Source: a virus (lineage: Duplodnaviria > Caudoviricetes). From it: a DNA stretch of 39,513 nt. The stretch is from IMG/VR virus record IMGVR_UViG_3300032305_000573, positions 1 to 39,513 of that record. One strand, given 5' to 3'. Shown one piece after another: positions 1 through 7,991 of the stretch. Made by a program: the position numbers and the translations under genes. The notes below the pieces were generated by a model that worked only from the letters and a program-made list of their open reading frames with translations, had not been told where the DNA came from and made no database searches. Numbering within the stretch: the stretch's first letter is position 1; each line of letters starts with the position of its first letter.

Positions 1-88
1 ATGATGGCACTAATGCTTATTGGGTTACCAACGTAGTTCACTCTGGTAGCAACAAGTTACACGTCTATAAAAAAGCATTAACTGCCGA
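1..88. repeat. Terminal direct repeat, left copy (assembly circularity overlap)
   Basis: Identical to 39426-39513; falls inside a CDS that reads through the junction in frame. Confidence 0.97.
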
Positions 89-1616
89 TTCTACAGTTGC
101 TGAAACTTTTATGTTTAGGGAAAATGGAATTACTGTAACCAATGCAGTAATGGAGTATGTCAAAGACCGTATTGTTATGTGCATCAATAATAAGATATAC
201 GAAATATCCTCATCAGCAACCAGCCTCCCATCCCCTATATATACACACAGCGATACCGATATTGTATTCTCAAGCATTACTGCCTCTGGTCCAGCTATCT
301 ATGTAGCAGGTTATAGTGGCACACAGTCAAGTATATTCAAGTTTACTCTCAGCACTGCTGGTGTTATGCCAACTCTTACATCGGCAATAACCGCAGCAGA
401 GATGCCAGTCGGTGAGATTATCCATAAGATTTATTACTATCTAGGCTATATGATGATAGGAACTAGCAAGGGCATCCGCGCAGCAATTGTTTCAGACCAA
501 GACGGTTCCATTAACTATGGTCCACTTATTGTAGAAACAACCCAACCTTGCTACGACTTTGCAGCAAACAACCATTATATATGGTGTGCAACTGGAGTAG
601 ATGGAGCGCCTGGAGTTATCCGTATTGACCTCAGTAACGAGATAGAGCCTTTGCGTTTTGCTTATGCTAATGACTTATATGTCAGCGGAACCAGCGGATA
701 TAGCACAACAACTTGTGCGTTTGCTGGAACGACAGACCGATTAGTGTTTGCTACTACAGCACTTAATGCTGGCTCAGTAAACAACAAAGCGCTCACAACT
801 AACGTGGCAACATTGACTACATCTGCAGCACACGGCTTAGCCGTTGGCGATGAGGTATGGGTAGAAGGTGTTGATTCCACATTCAATGGTAAGTATACAG
901 TTACTGGAGTGCCAACTACCACAACATTTACTTATGCTAAGACTGCTTCTAACGTATCATCTACTGCTGTATCACCTGTTGGTAAGGTTAACAAGGTAGG
1001 TAGTATCAACATAGAAGCAAGCGCAACATTAACCCCCACTGGCTACCTAACTAGTGGTTACATTCGCTATGGAACATTAGAGCCTAAGAACTTTAAGCGA
1101 CTTCTCGGACGTGGAGACTTTTCTAAAGGCTCGATGATTCTTGAAACTGTAGACAAAGATGGAACTGAATACGACCATATCACATATGATTCTGGGATTA
1201 CCCCTGTTGAGGTAGCAACATCGTCTCCAAACGTAGCTCAAGAGTATGTAGCCTATAAGTTTATCCTTAGCCGCGACGCAACAACAACATCTACTGGCCC
1301 TATCTTTAAAGGATACCAGGCTAAGGCAACAATCGCTACACCACGTCAACGCATTATGCGCTTCCCAGTATACTGCTTTGATGTCGAAACAGATAGATAC
1401 AATGTTCAAGTTGGTTATGAAGGTAGAGCACAGACTCGCCTACTGACCCTTGAAGAACTAGAAGAGAACGGCGACGTTCTCACCTGGCAAGACTTAACTA
1501 CTGGCGAATCTCGCCAAGTAGTTATTGAACAAATTTCATTCACTCGTATGACACCACCTGATAAACGCTTTGATGGATTCGGTGGGGTCATTGACATAGT
1601 TGTTAGGACCGTATAA
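1..1616 (+). CDS. 3' part of a junction-spanning virion protein (about 733 aa in total; putative tail nozzle/tubular protein B-like)
   Basis: Frame is open from GTG 38840 across the junction into ORF 111..1616; beta-rich; last gene before the lysis cassette. Function inferred from position. Confidence 0.7.
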   Translation, partial: DGTNAYWVTNVVHSGSNKLHVYKKALTADSTVAETFMFRENGITVTNAVMEYVKDRIVMCINNKIYEISSSATSLPSPIYTHSDTDIVFSSITASGPAIYVAGYSGTQSSIFKFTLSTAGVMPTLTSAITAAEMPVGEIIHKIYYYLGYMMIGTSKGIRAAIVSDQDGSINYGPLIVETTQPCYDFAANNHYIWCATGVDGAPGVIRIDLSNEIEPLRFAYANDLYVSGTSGYSTTTCAFAGTTDRLVFATTALNAGSVNNKALTTNVATLTTSAAHGLAVGDEVWVEGVDSTFNGKYTVTGVPTTTTFTYAKTASNVSSTAVSPVGKVNKVGSINIEASATLTPTGYLTSGYIRYGTLEPKNFKRLLGRGDFSKGSMILETVDKDGTEYDHITYDSGITPVEVATSSPNVAQEYVAYKFILSRDATTTSTGPIFKGYQAKATIATPRQRIMRFPVYCFDVETDRYNVQVGYEGRAQTRLLTLEELEENGDVLTWQDLTTGESRQVVIEQISFTRMTPPDKRFDGFGGVIDIVVRTV

Positions 1617-1816
1617 TGACAATCGCCAACTGGGCATCACTAATCGTAGCAATCATCGCAATCGTCACAGCATTTGCTGGGGCAGTCAGATGGCTAGTAA
1701 AGCACTATCTTAATGAACTTAAACCTAATGGTGGTGGTAGTATTAAAGACCAAGTGAACCGATTAGAGCGCAGAGTTGACGAAATTATTGATATGTTAAT
1801 TGAGAACCGCCAATGA
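1616..1816 (+). CDS. Small membrane protein of the lysis cassette
   Basis: N-terminal TM helix (WASLIVAIIAIVTAFAGAV) then a coiled tail; coupled to both neighbours (TAATG, ATGA). Confidence 0.7.
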   Translation: MTIANWASLIVAIIAIVTAFAGAVRWLVKHYLNELKPNGGGSIKDQVNRLERRVDEIIDMLIENRQ

Positions 1817-2301
1817 GTCAAGTAGAAACATTCCTAGAGATAGCTAAGGCTGAGGTCGGCGTAGCCGAAGCAGAAGGCAACAAGGTTAAATACAATAAGA
1901 ACAACGGACAACCTTGGTGTGGATACTTTGTCAATTGGTGTGCTACAAAAGCCAAGATAAAGATTCCTAACTGCGTATACACACCTGCTGGCAAGTCAGG
2001 CTTCCAAGGCTTAGGCACTTGGTTTAATGCAGCAACAGAAAAGCCACAACCTGGCGACATAGTTTTCTTCGACTTCCCTGGAGGCGAGAAGGTAGACCAC
2101 GTCGGTATTATCCTAAAGGATAACGGCGATGGAACAGTTACCACTATCGAAGGTAATACCAGTCCAGAGAAGAAACCAAAAGGCTCACAAGCTAATGGTG
2201 GAGAAGTTGCCCAACGCATCCGTGCTTACAAGGCAGACAACAAGCGCAAGCTCGGCGTATATATCGTCGGGTTTGGCAGACCGAAATGGAGTAAGAAATG
2301 A
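1813..2301 (+). CDS. CHAP-domain endolysin
   Basis: PWCGYFVNW (catalytic Cys), PGDIVFF, DHVGI (His) and TIEGNT motifs. Confidence 0.9.
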   Translation: MSQVETFLEIAKAEVGVAEAEGNKVKYNKNNGQPWCGYFVNWCATKAKIKIPNCVYTPAGKSGFQGLGTWFNAATEKPQPGDIVFFDFPGGEKVDHVGIILKDNGDGTVTTIEGNTSPEKKPKGSQANGGEVAQRIRAYKADNKRKLGVYIVGFGRPKWSKK

Positions 2302-2489
2302 ACAAAGATAAACTAAAGGCTATTGTAGCTACATACCTACGTGCTGCTGTTGCCTCAGTGCTCGCTCTCTACTTAGCTGGAGAGACCGATCCAAAGAACC
2401 TACTGTTAGCCTTCGCGGCTGCAGTGGCAGGTCCAGTCCTAAAGGCTATCGACCCTAAAGAATCAGCATTCGGAGTGGGCTCTAAGTAG
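2298..2489 (+). CDS. Putative holin
   Basis: 63 aa, two hydrophobic segments, directly after the endolysin with ATGA overlap. Confidence 0.7.
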   Translation: MNKDKLKAIVATYLRAAVASVLALYLAGETDPKNLLLAFAAAVAGPVLKAIDPKESAFGVGSK

Positions 2490-2521
2490 CCCTTTAAACG
2501 GGCTCTAACGCCCCATAGAAC

Positions 2522-2573
2522 GACAAAACCCCCTTACCTTAGTATCTCTACTAGGGCGAGGGGGTCTTTTGTC
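2522..2573. terminator. Bidirectional intrinsic terminator ending the late operon
   Basis: GACAAAA-CCCCCT...AGGGGG-TC-TTTTGTC long hairpin between convergent genes. Confidence 0.8.
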
Positions 2574-2578
2574 ATTTC

Positions 2579-2752
2579 CTAGGGGTTAACTTCGTCTAAA
2601 AAATCTTCCCATTCTTCATCGTCAGTGAACGCCCACCTTCGGCTATTGTTGATAGCACGTCGGTATCGCCAGGCTTGAACCCAGTTGACGACCTCATAGA
2701 ATATATCACGAACTGCTAGTGCTAGCAAGGCTAGCAAGAAGGTTTGCAACAT
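2579..2752 (-). CDS. 57-aa putative membrane protein (not in the ORF track)
   Basis: MLQTFLLALLALAVRDIFYEVVNWVQAWRYRRAINNSRRWAFTDDEEWEDFLDEVNP; AGGAG RBS upstream; ends at the terminator. Confidence 0.7.
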   Translation of the reverse strand: MLQTFLLALLALAVRDIFYEVVNWVQAWRYRRAINNSRRWAFTDDEEWEDFLDEVNP

Positions 2753-2766
2753 TGTATTTTCTCCTG

Positions 2767-2838
2767 TATAATATATATATTAGTTGTATATATATAATAT
2801 AGAACCCCTTCGGGGTTCTTATATAGTATATATTATAT
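2767..2838. other. (TA)n tract enclosing an 8-bp GC hairpin; candidate replication origin or regulatory element
   Basis: AGAACCCC-TTC-GGGGTTCT at 2801-2819 flanked by alternating TA; directly upstream of the replication genes. Confidence 0.45.
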
Positions 2839-2891
2839 CCAAGTATACACATGATTTTTATACTTGCAAGCTAAACTGAATCTAACTGAGC

Positions 2892-2919
2892 TTGCATCTA
2901 TAAAGAAACACTGTATACT
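2892..2919 (+). promoter_or_regulatory. SigA-type promoter of the replication operon, probably leaderless
   Basis: TTGCAT-N16-TATACT; ATG at 2927 lies 7 nt after the -10 with no SD. Confidence 0.55.
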
Positions 2920-2926
2920 TACACCC

Positions 2927-3121
2927 ATGAGCATACAACTAGGAGAATACGTATTACCTGAGCACATAAGTTACTCAGCCTTTACCACTTACGTTGACTG
3001 TGGGTATCAATACTACCTTGGTCGACTGATGCACATGCCAGAGGAACCATCGGTCTGGTCTGTCGGAGGCTCAGCCTTCCACCGAGCCACAGAATTATGG
3101 GACTTAGAAAATGCAGGATGA
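2927..3121 (+). CDS. N-terminal part of a split RecB/Cas4-like PD-(D/E)XK exonuclease
   Basis: HISYSAFTTYVDCGYQYYL...GSAFH is the typical N-terminus of this family; start moved from TTG 2864 to ATG 2927. Confidence 0.75.
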   Translation: MSIQLGEYVLPEHISYSAFTTYVDCGYQYYLGRLMHMPEEPSVWSVGGSAFHRATELWDLENAG

Positions 3122-3716
3122 TCTATGGCTTAAAGCCTGGGCCGAGGAGCTTGGTGATAAAGACTTAACCAATGCTAGGGTTGCTGGCAAGAAGACGAAA
3201 GAAAATCCTAACAAGGAAGACATAACCTTCTGGCATAAGACTGGACCTCGATGGGTCCAAGCCTATGTTGACTGGCGTCAAGCTAACCCTGCTTGGAAAA
3301 TATGGAAGACACCTGAGGGTGTCCCTGCTATTGAACTAGCCATGATGCCTGATTTTGCTGGCGTGCCTGTCAAGATGATACTTGACCGAGTGTTTGAAGT
3401 CAACGGTGAGTTGGTCATAGTTGATTTGAAAACCTCTCAACAAACACCTGCCAATACATTACAACTTGGCTTCTATAAAGTTGGCTTACAAAAAGTCTTC
3501 GGTATAGATGTTAAGTGGGGGACATATTGGATGGCACGTCAGTCTGGTGTATCCGAACTCGTAAGCCTTGAGTCATACACTGAAGAGAAGTTAGAATACC
3601 TTGTGAGTGGCTTTGAGAAAGCACGCAGGGCTGGGATATTTTTACCGAATACAAACAACTGCCAATATAAATGTGGACTGACAGCATACTGTCCGTTCTC
3701 AACAAAGATAGGATAA
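3111..3716 (+). CDS. Catalytic C-terminal part of the split RecB/Cas4-like exonuclease
   Basis: IEL, ILDRV, IVDLKT, QLGFY motifs; C-terminal CQYKCGLTAYC. Confidence 0.85.
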   Translation: MQDDLWLKAWAEELGDKDLTNARVAGKKTKENPNKEDITFWHKTGPRWVQAYVDWRQANPAWKIWKTPEGVPAIELAMMPDFAGVPVKMILDRVFEVNGELVIVDLKTSQQTPANTLQLGFYKVGLQKVFGIDVKWGTYWMARQSGVSELVSLESYTEEKLEYLVSGFEKARRAGIFLPNTNNCQYKCGLTAYCPFSTKIG

Positions 3717-3719
3717 CAA

Positions 3720-4136
3720 ATGGAAGAATGGAAACTACAGGTGTCATACAAGACACCGTCTGGTGATATGATTAACGTCAGAGCCCAGACAGCTGATGAA
3801 CTCAGCGTGTTGCTTGAAGGAGTAGGGGACTACTCTGTGCAAATTGCAGCAGTGCAACGGTTGGTTGCTGGTGCATACAACGCAGCCCCTTTGGGGACAG
3901 CGCCTTCAACTCCAAGCACAGCGCCCTCTGGATACTCCGCTCCCAGCCAGGGGCAGGGTCCGTCCCCTTCAAGCCCACCAAGCGCGATAACACCAACGGG
4001 GCAAGCGAGCCCTACCTGCGTTCACGGAGCAAGGATATTCCGAAGCGGAACGAGCAAGACAACTGGAAAGCCTTACGCTTTCTGGGCATGTCCGACTCCG
4101 CAAGGAACACCTGACCAATGCAAGCCAGTAAACTAA
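3720..4136 (+). CDS. Hypothetical protein with Pro/Ser linker and C-terminal Zn-ribbon (possible ssDNA-binding or recombination accessory)
   Basis: CVHG...WACP...QC; lies between exonuclease and helicase. Confidence 0.55.
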   Translation: MEEWKLQVSYKTPSGDMINVRAQTADELSVLLEGVGDYSVQIAAVQRLVAGAYNAAPLGTAPSTPSTAPSGYSAPSQGQGPSPSSPPSAITPTGQASPTCVHGARIFRSGTSKTTGKPYAFWACPTPQGTPDQCKPVN

Positions 4137-4151
4137 ATTAACCATGAGAGT

Positions 4152-4197
4152 GCGTAGTCATCTATCACCTGTTGAAAGGTGGCTACGTTCTTTCTTT
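4152..4197 (+). terminator. Internal, probably leaky, intrinsic terminator
   Basis: 12-bp stem GCGTAGTCATCT/AGGTGGCTACGT (three G-U pairs) followed by TCTTTCTTT. Confidence 0.55.
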
Positions 4198-4217
4198 AGA
4201 GAAGGGAATGAATCAGG

Positions 4218-5000
4218 ATGCGCACACTTGTCCGCTCAGTTGGTCGTCCCAGTATTGGTGGAGAACCACTACCTAGTTGTTTCAAAGCATTCGAAGCAAA
4301 CAAGATCATCATCAGGCGGTCTGAAGTTTCAATGTTTGCAGCAGCACCAGGAGTAGGAAAGTCAACACTAGCACTTGCATTAGCCTTGAAGATGAAAGTT
4401 CCAACACTATACATCTCGGCAGACACCAACGCACATACCATGGCTATGCGTCTAGCCTCAATGATATCAGGTAAATCACAAACAGACGTAGAACAATTAT
4501 TAATAACAGACCCAGGTTGGACCAAGGCTACACTCGCAAGAGGAAGTCATATTGTTTGGTCTTTCGAATCAGCACCATCACTTCAAGATATAGATGAAGA
4601 AGTCCAAGCATTCGAAGAACAATGGGGATGCTCACCAACAATGATTATTGTAGATAACTTAATGGATGTAGCCACTGATGGTGGCGAAGAGTTCGCATCA
4701 ATGCGTGCGATTATGAAGGAGCTAAAGTATCTTGCCCGTGCTACGAATGCTGCCGTTGTTGTCCTTCACCACACAAGTGAAGCGGTCCAAGGCACGCCGT
4801 GCCAACCGCGCTCAGCGATTCAAGGTAAGGTCGCTCAACTACCTGCTCTTATATGCACCCTTGGTGTTGTTGGCACTTCTATGGGTGTCGCGCCAGTTAA
4901 AAATAGATACGGCAGAGCAGACGCCAACGGAACGCTCATGACTTGGGTAGCATTTAATCCTGAGTATATGTTTATCGATGACATACCAGAGAATTCCTAA
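4218..5000 (+). CDS. DnaB-like (RecA-fold) helicase ATPase
   Basis: Walker A AAPGVGKS, LYISAD, Walker B IIVDNL, LHH, KNRYG arginine finger. Confidence 0.9.
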   Translation: MRTLVRSVGRPSIGGEPLPSCFKAFEANKIIIRRSEVSMFAAAPGVGKSTLALALALKMKVPTLYISADTNAHTMAMRLASMISGKSQTDVEQLLITDPGWTKATLARGSHIVWSFESAPSLQDIDEEVQAFEEQWGCSPTMIIVDNLMDVATDGGEEFASMRAIMKELKYLARATNAAVVVLHHTSEAVQGTPCQPRSAIQGKVAQLPALICTLGVVGTSMGVAPVKNRYGRADANGTLMTWVAFNPEYMFIDDIPENS

Positions 5001-5560
5001 TGGAATATCCTAACTGGTTCGAAGGCCAGAAATATAATTTCGAGGAACATCTTGAGTTATACAAAGGCAAGCCTGATTTAAGATTCCTACAACTTGGTGC
5101 ATACACAGGTGATGCAAGTGAATGGTTGTTAACTAACATACTAACTGACCAATCTTCTACTTTGCTTGACGTAGATACTTGGAAAGGTAGCGATGAAGCA
5201 GAACACAAGTCTATTAATTTTAGTAATGTATATGAGTTCTATAAGAAACGAATGGAACCCTATGCAAACATGCGTTCAGTAAGAAATAATACTGAGAACT
5301 TCTTGCGTAACAATAAAACAACTTATGATTTTATTTATGTAGATGCTAACCATACAGCCGATGCTGTAGCATCTGATGCCGAGTATTCTTGGGGACTATT
5401 AAAGAAGGGTGGCATCCTTGCCTTTGATGATTATATGTGGGGGCAGGACATGAAGCCTGAACTTACGCCAAGACCAGCCATTGATAACTTCCTTGAATTT
5501 CACGAAGGTGAGTATAATATTTTAACTAAAGAATATCAGGTATGGGTGCAGAAGATATGA
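5000..5560 (+). CDS. Class I SAM-dependent methyltransferase (Methyltransf_24-like)
   Basis: LQLGAYTG, VDTW, YDFIYVDANH, LKKGGILAFDDY motifs. Confidence 0.85.
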   Translation: MEYPNWFEGQKYNFEEHLELYKGKPDLRFLQLGAYTGDASEWLLTNILTDQSSTLLDVDTWKGSDEAEHKSINFSNVYEFYKKRMEPYANMRSVRNNTENFLRNNKTTYDFIYVDANHTADAVASDAEYSWGLLKKGGILAFDDYMWGQDMKPELTPRPAIDNFLEFHEGEYNILTKEYQVWVQKI

Positions 5561-5919
5561 CAACTAGAAGATCACACAAGCAAAGGGGTGCCAGCTTTGA
5601 AACAGACATCAGAGATTGGTTTAGAACAAATGGATACGATGCTGAACGACTTGCAAGAACTGGTGCAAGAGACGAAGGAGATGTTGCAGTCCGTAGCGAC
5701 TTCCTTGGAAGCATTGGTGTCATCGAGTGCAAAGCTCCTGGCGCAGGAAACGCCATCGACCTCAGTGGTTGGACCAAAGAAGCTCAAGTCGAAGCCAACC
5801 ATTACGCAACAGCAAGAGGACTACCACAAGAAGCGGTCCTCGCAGCCCTCATCATTAAGGCTAGGGGAAAGCCCATTTCAGAATCGTATGTGGTCTTCAA
5901 ACTAGGAGATATATTTTAA
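5557..5919 (+). CDS. Holliday junction resolvase (Hjc-like PD-(D/E)XK)
   Basis: KQRGASFE, DEGD, VIECK motifs; ATGA overlap with the upstream stop. Confidence 0.8.
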   Translation: MTTRRSHKQRGASFETDIRDWFRTNGYDAERLARTGARDEGDVAVRSDFLGSIGVIECKAPGAGNAIDLSGWTKEAQVEANHYATARGLPQEAVLAALIIKARGKPISESYVVFKLGDIF

Positions 5920-6389
5920 TGACTGATGGATTTTATACGACGGATACATTCAAGTCATCTAACGATGATACTTGGACAACGCCTCGCAACTTCTATGACA
6001 AATTAAATACTGAGTTTAATTTTTCTCTTGATGCAGCAGCATTAAAATCCTCAGCCCTATGTGATAACTGGTTCGGCCCAGACCATGACGACCCTAATCT
6101 TAGGGATGCTTTAGTTATGGATTGGTCACAACACGCACCATCTAAAACTGTTTGGTTGAATCCACCTTATGGCAAATCAATTAAGCTTTGGGTTAACAAG
6201 GCCAACCATGAATCTACTAAGCATGGGTTAACTATTGTTTGCCTAGTGCCTGCTCGGACTGACACCAGGTGGTGGCATGACCATTGTATTCAGCATGAGG
6301 TTAGATTTATTAAGGGAAGATTGAAGTTTGGTAATCAAAAACATTCTGCACCATTCCCGTCAGCGGTTGTGGTGATGAAGGGTGAATAA
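5919..6389 (+). CDS. Phage DNA N6-adenine methyltransferase
   Basis: WTTP, FSLDAAA, WLNPPY, LVPARTDTRWW, IKGRLKF motifs. Confidence 0.92.
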   Translation: MTDGFYTTDTFKSSNDDTWTTPRNFYDKLNTEFNFSLDAAALKSSALCDNWFGPDHDDPNLRDALVMDWSQHAPSKTVWLNPPYGKSIKLWVNKANHESTKHGLTIVCLVPARTDTRWWHDHCIQHEVRFIKGRLKFGNQKHSAPFPSAVVVMKGE

Positions 6390-6747
6390 TTTACCACCAA
6401 TTAAAGAAGTGCTTGAACACTACGGCGGTATTATACGCCGAGACCACGGTCAAGTTAATCTAAAGTGTCCGTTCCACGGTGATAGTCACCAGTCAGGAAC
6501 AGCAAACTTAGATAAGAACTTGTTCGTTTGCTTTGCGTGTGGAGTGCAAGGAAATAGCTTACAAATTATTGCTCAACAAGAAAGGTGTGACATACGTGAA
6601 GCAGCGAGATTCGCAGAAGGATTTGCTGGAGTCAGCAGTTCGCAAGTATCAGGAAAACATTTATCAGGCAGAAGATTACCTGAAAAGCAGGGGTATAACA
6701 ATAGAAGTAGCACGTCTGGCTCGATTAGGCGTAGTCGCGGAGCCTGA
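6382..6747 (+). CDS. Primase zinc-binding (CHC2) subunit
   Basis: CPFHGD...FVCFAC. Confidence 0.88.
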   Translation: MNNLPPIKEVLEHYGGIIRRDHGQVNLKCPFHGDSHQSGTANLDKNLFVCFACGVQGNSLQIIAQQERCDIREAARFAEGFAGVSSSQVSGKHLSGRRLPEKQGYNNRSSTSGSIRRSRGA

Positions 6748-7222
6748 AGTTGGACACGAACAATTCCTCGGACGATTATCCATACCGTATATTACCAAGA
6801 CTGGCGTGGTCGATCTACGTTTTCGCAGTCTTAATCCTGCTGTTGAACCGAAATATATGGGTATGACTGGTGCTGAAACCAAGATGTATAACGTATTAGA
6901 TATTGATAGAGCAGGTGATTGGATTGGAGTATGCGAAGGTGAACTGGATACCATTACTATGTCTCGTTGTGTCGGTGTTCCTTGCGTCGGTGTTCCTGGT
7001 GCGAACTCTTGGAAAAAACACTACACAAGATTGCTCGCAGATTTTGAACGAGTATTCGTATTTGCTGACGGCGACCAACCAGGGAAAGAATTCGCTAACT
7101 CTTTGGCGAGGGAGCTACCAGTTACTATCGTCAGTTTCCCAGATGGAGAAGATGTCAACTCAGCATACACAAAATATGGAGCAGAGTTTATTAGAGACAA
7201 GATAGGATTAGGTAATGAATAA
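6596..7222 (+). CDS. Primase TOPRIM subunit
   Basis: RLSIPY, PKY, VCEGELD, FADGDQPG, EDVN motifs; likely GTG start at 6596 (the track gives 6533). Confidence 0.9.
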   Translation: MKQRDSQKDLLESAVRKYQENIYQAEDYLKSRGITIEVARLARLGVVAEPEVGHEQFLGRLSIPYITKTGVVDLRFRSLNPAVEPKYMGMTGAETKMYNVLDIDRAGDWIGVCEGELDTITMSRCVGVPCVGVPGANSWKKHYTRLLADFERVFVFADGDQPGKEFANSLARELPVTIVSFPDGEDVNSAYTKYGAEFIRDKIGLGNE

Positions 7223-7553
7223 AGATAATAATAAATGTCCTGATTGTGGTGAAGAGTTCGAGGATGTCTTTGAATCAATAGACCACATGCTTGAGGATGA
7301 TGAAGAGTTTGATCCAGCATTAATTCTACCCAATGGGTATAGGTTATTGGTTGGTTCGTTGTTGCGTTGTATATATAGATACGCAGACGAACCTGATATG
7401 ATTAAAAGTGTAGCGCAATCAACTTATCTTACGCTATTCACAGCAGAAACATCACCTGAAACATTAGGTGCAGTAGTTCATGATATGATTGTTGGCTCTA
7501 GTATGGTAGGAATAGATGAAGAACTCAAACAACTCTTGGAAGATGGAGAATGA
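7215..7553 (+). CDS. Hypothetical protein with N-terminal Zn-finger-like motif
   Basis: CPDC...DH; in operon. Confidence 0.65.
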   Translation: MNKDNNKCPDCGEEFEDVFESIDHMLEDDEEFDPALILPNGYRLLVGSLLRCIYRYADEPDMIKSVAQSTYLTLFTAETSPETLGAVVHDMIVGSSMVGIDEELKQLLEDGE

Positions 7554-7674
7554 AGAGATATGGCAAGTAACGAACCACTTAACGGGCCAAGGATTCCAAG
7601 TTACCTCGTGGAAAAAGACGGAGAATACTTTAATCGTCACCCTAGAGATACCTTTAATGACAGGAAACCATTAG
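7543..7674 (+). CDS. 43-aa ORF overlapping the next gene in another frame
   Basis: MENEEIWQVTNHLTGQGFQVTSWKKTENTLIVTLEIPLMTGNH; start overlaps the end of the upstream gene. Confidence 0.45.
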   Translation: MENEEIWQVTNHLTGQGFQVTSWKKTENTLIVTLEIPLMTGNH

Positions 7675-7991
7675 AAGATGAACTCTATGCTAAAGCTCGT
7701 AAGGCTAACGCCGATAATAAGTTCATGCACAATGTCAGCTTACTTTACACTGACTTAGAAGACTTACTTCTATCTAAGCATAGGGACTATGGCCCGAGGA
7801 ACATCTCAGATGCACCTGGGGGTGCACTTAACGGGCTTCGAGTAAGAATGCATGACAAGTTAGCTCGCATAAATAACTTAGTAGATAGTGGCGCAAGCCC
7901 TGAGCATGAGAGTTTAGAAGATTCATTCAAGGACATGGCTAACTATGCAATCATAGGGTTGCTAGTTCTAAGAGAACAGTGGGATATCTAA
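7560..7991 (+). CDS. DUF1599 / nucleotide-modification-associated domain 1 (Nmad1) protein
   Basis: KHRDYG, RMHDKLARI, EDSFKDMANYAII motifs; start uncertain. Confidence 0.8.
   Translation: MASNEPLNGPRIPSYLVEKDGEYFNRHPRDTFNDRKPLEDELYAKARKANADNKFMHNVSLLYTDLEDLLLSKHRDYGPRNISDAPGGALNGLRVRMHDKLARINNLVDSGASPEHESLEDSFKDMANYAIIGLLVLREQWDI

Noticed and set aside
1-88. 88-bp end repeat as a physical terminal repeat of the virion DNA
   Set aside because: It lies mid-gene in a tail protein and is best explained as assembler overlap.
2927-3716. Cas4-like gene as evidence of a CRISPR system
   Set aside because: No repeat-spacer array or other cas genes; such nucleases are common phage recombination enzymes.
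4144-4356. 70-aa + strand ORF
   Set aside because: Runs through a terminator hairpin and overlaps the helicase in another frame; no RBS or motif.
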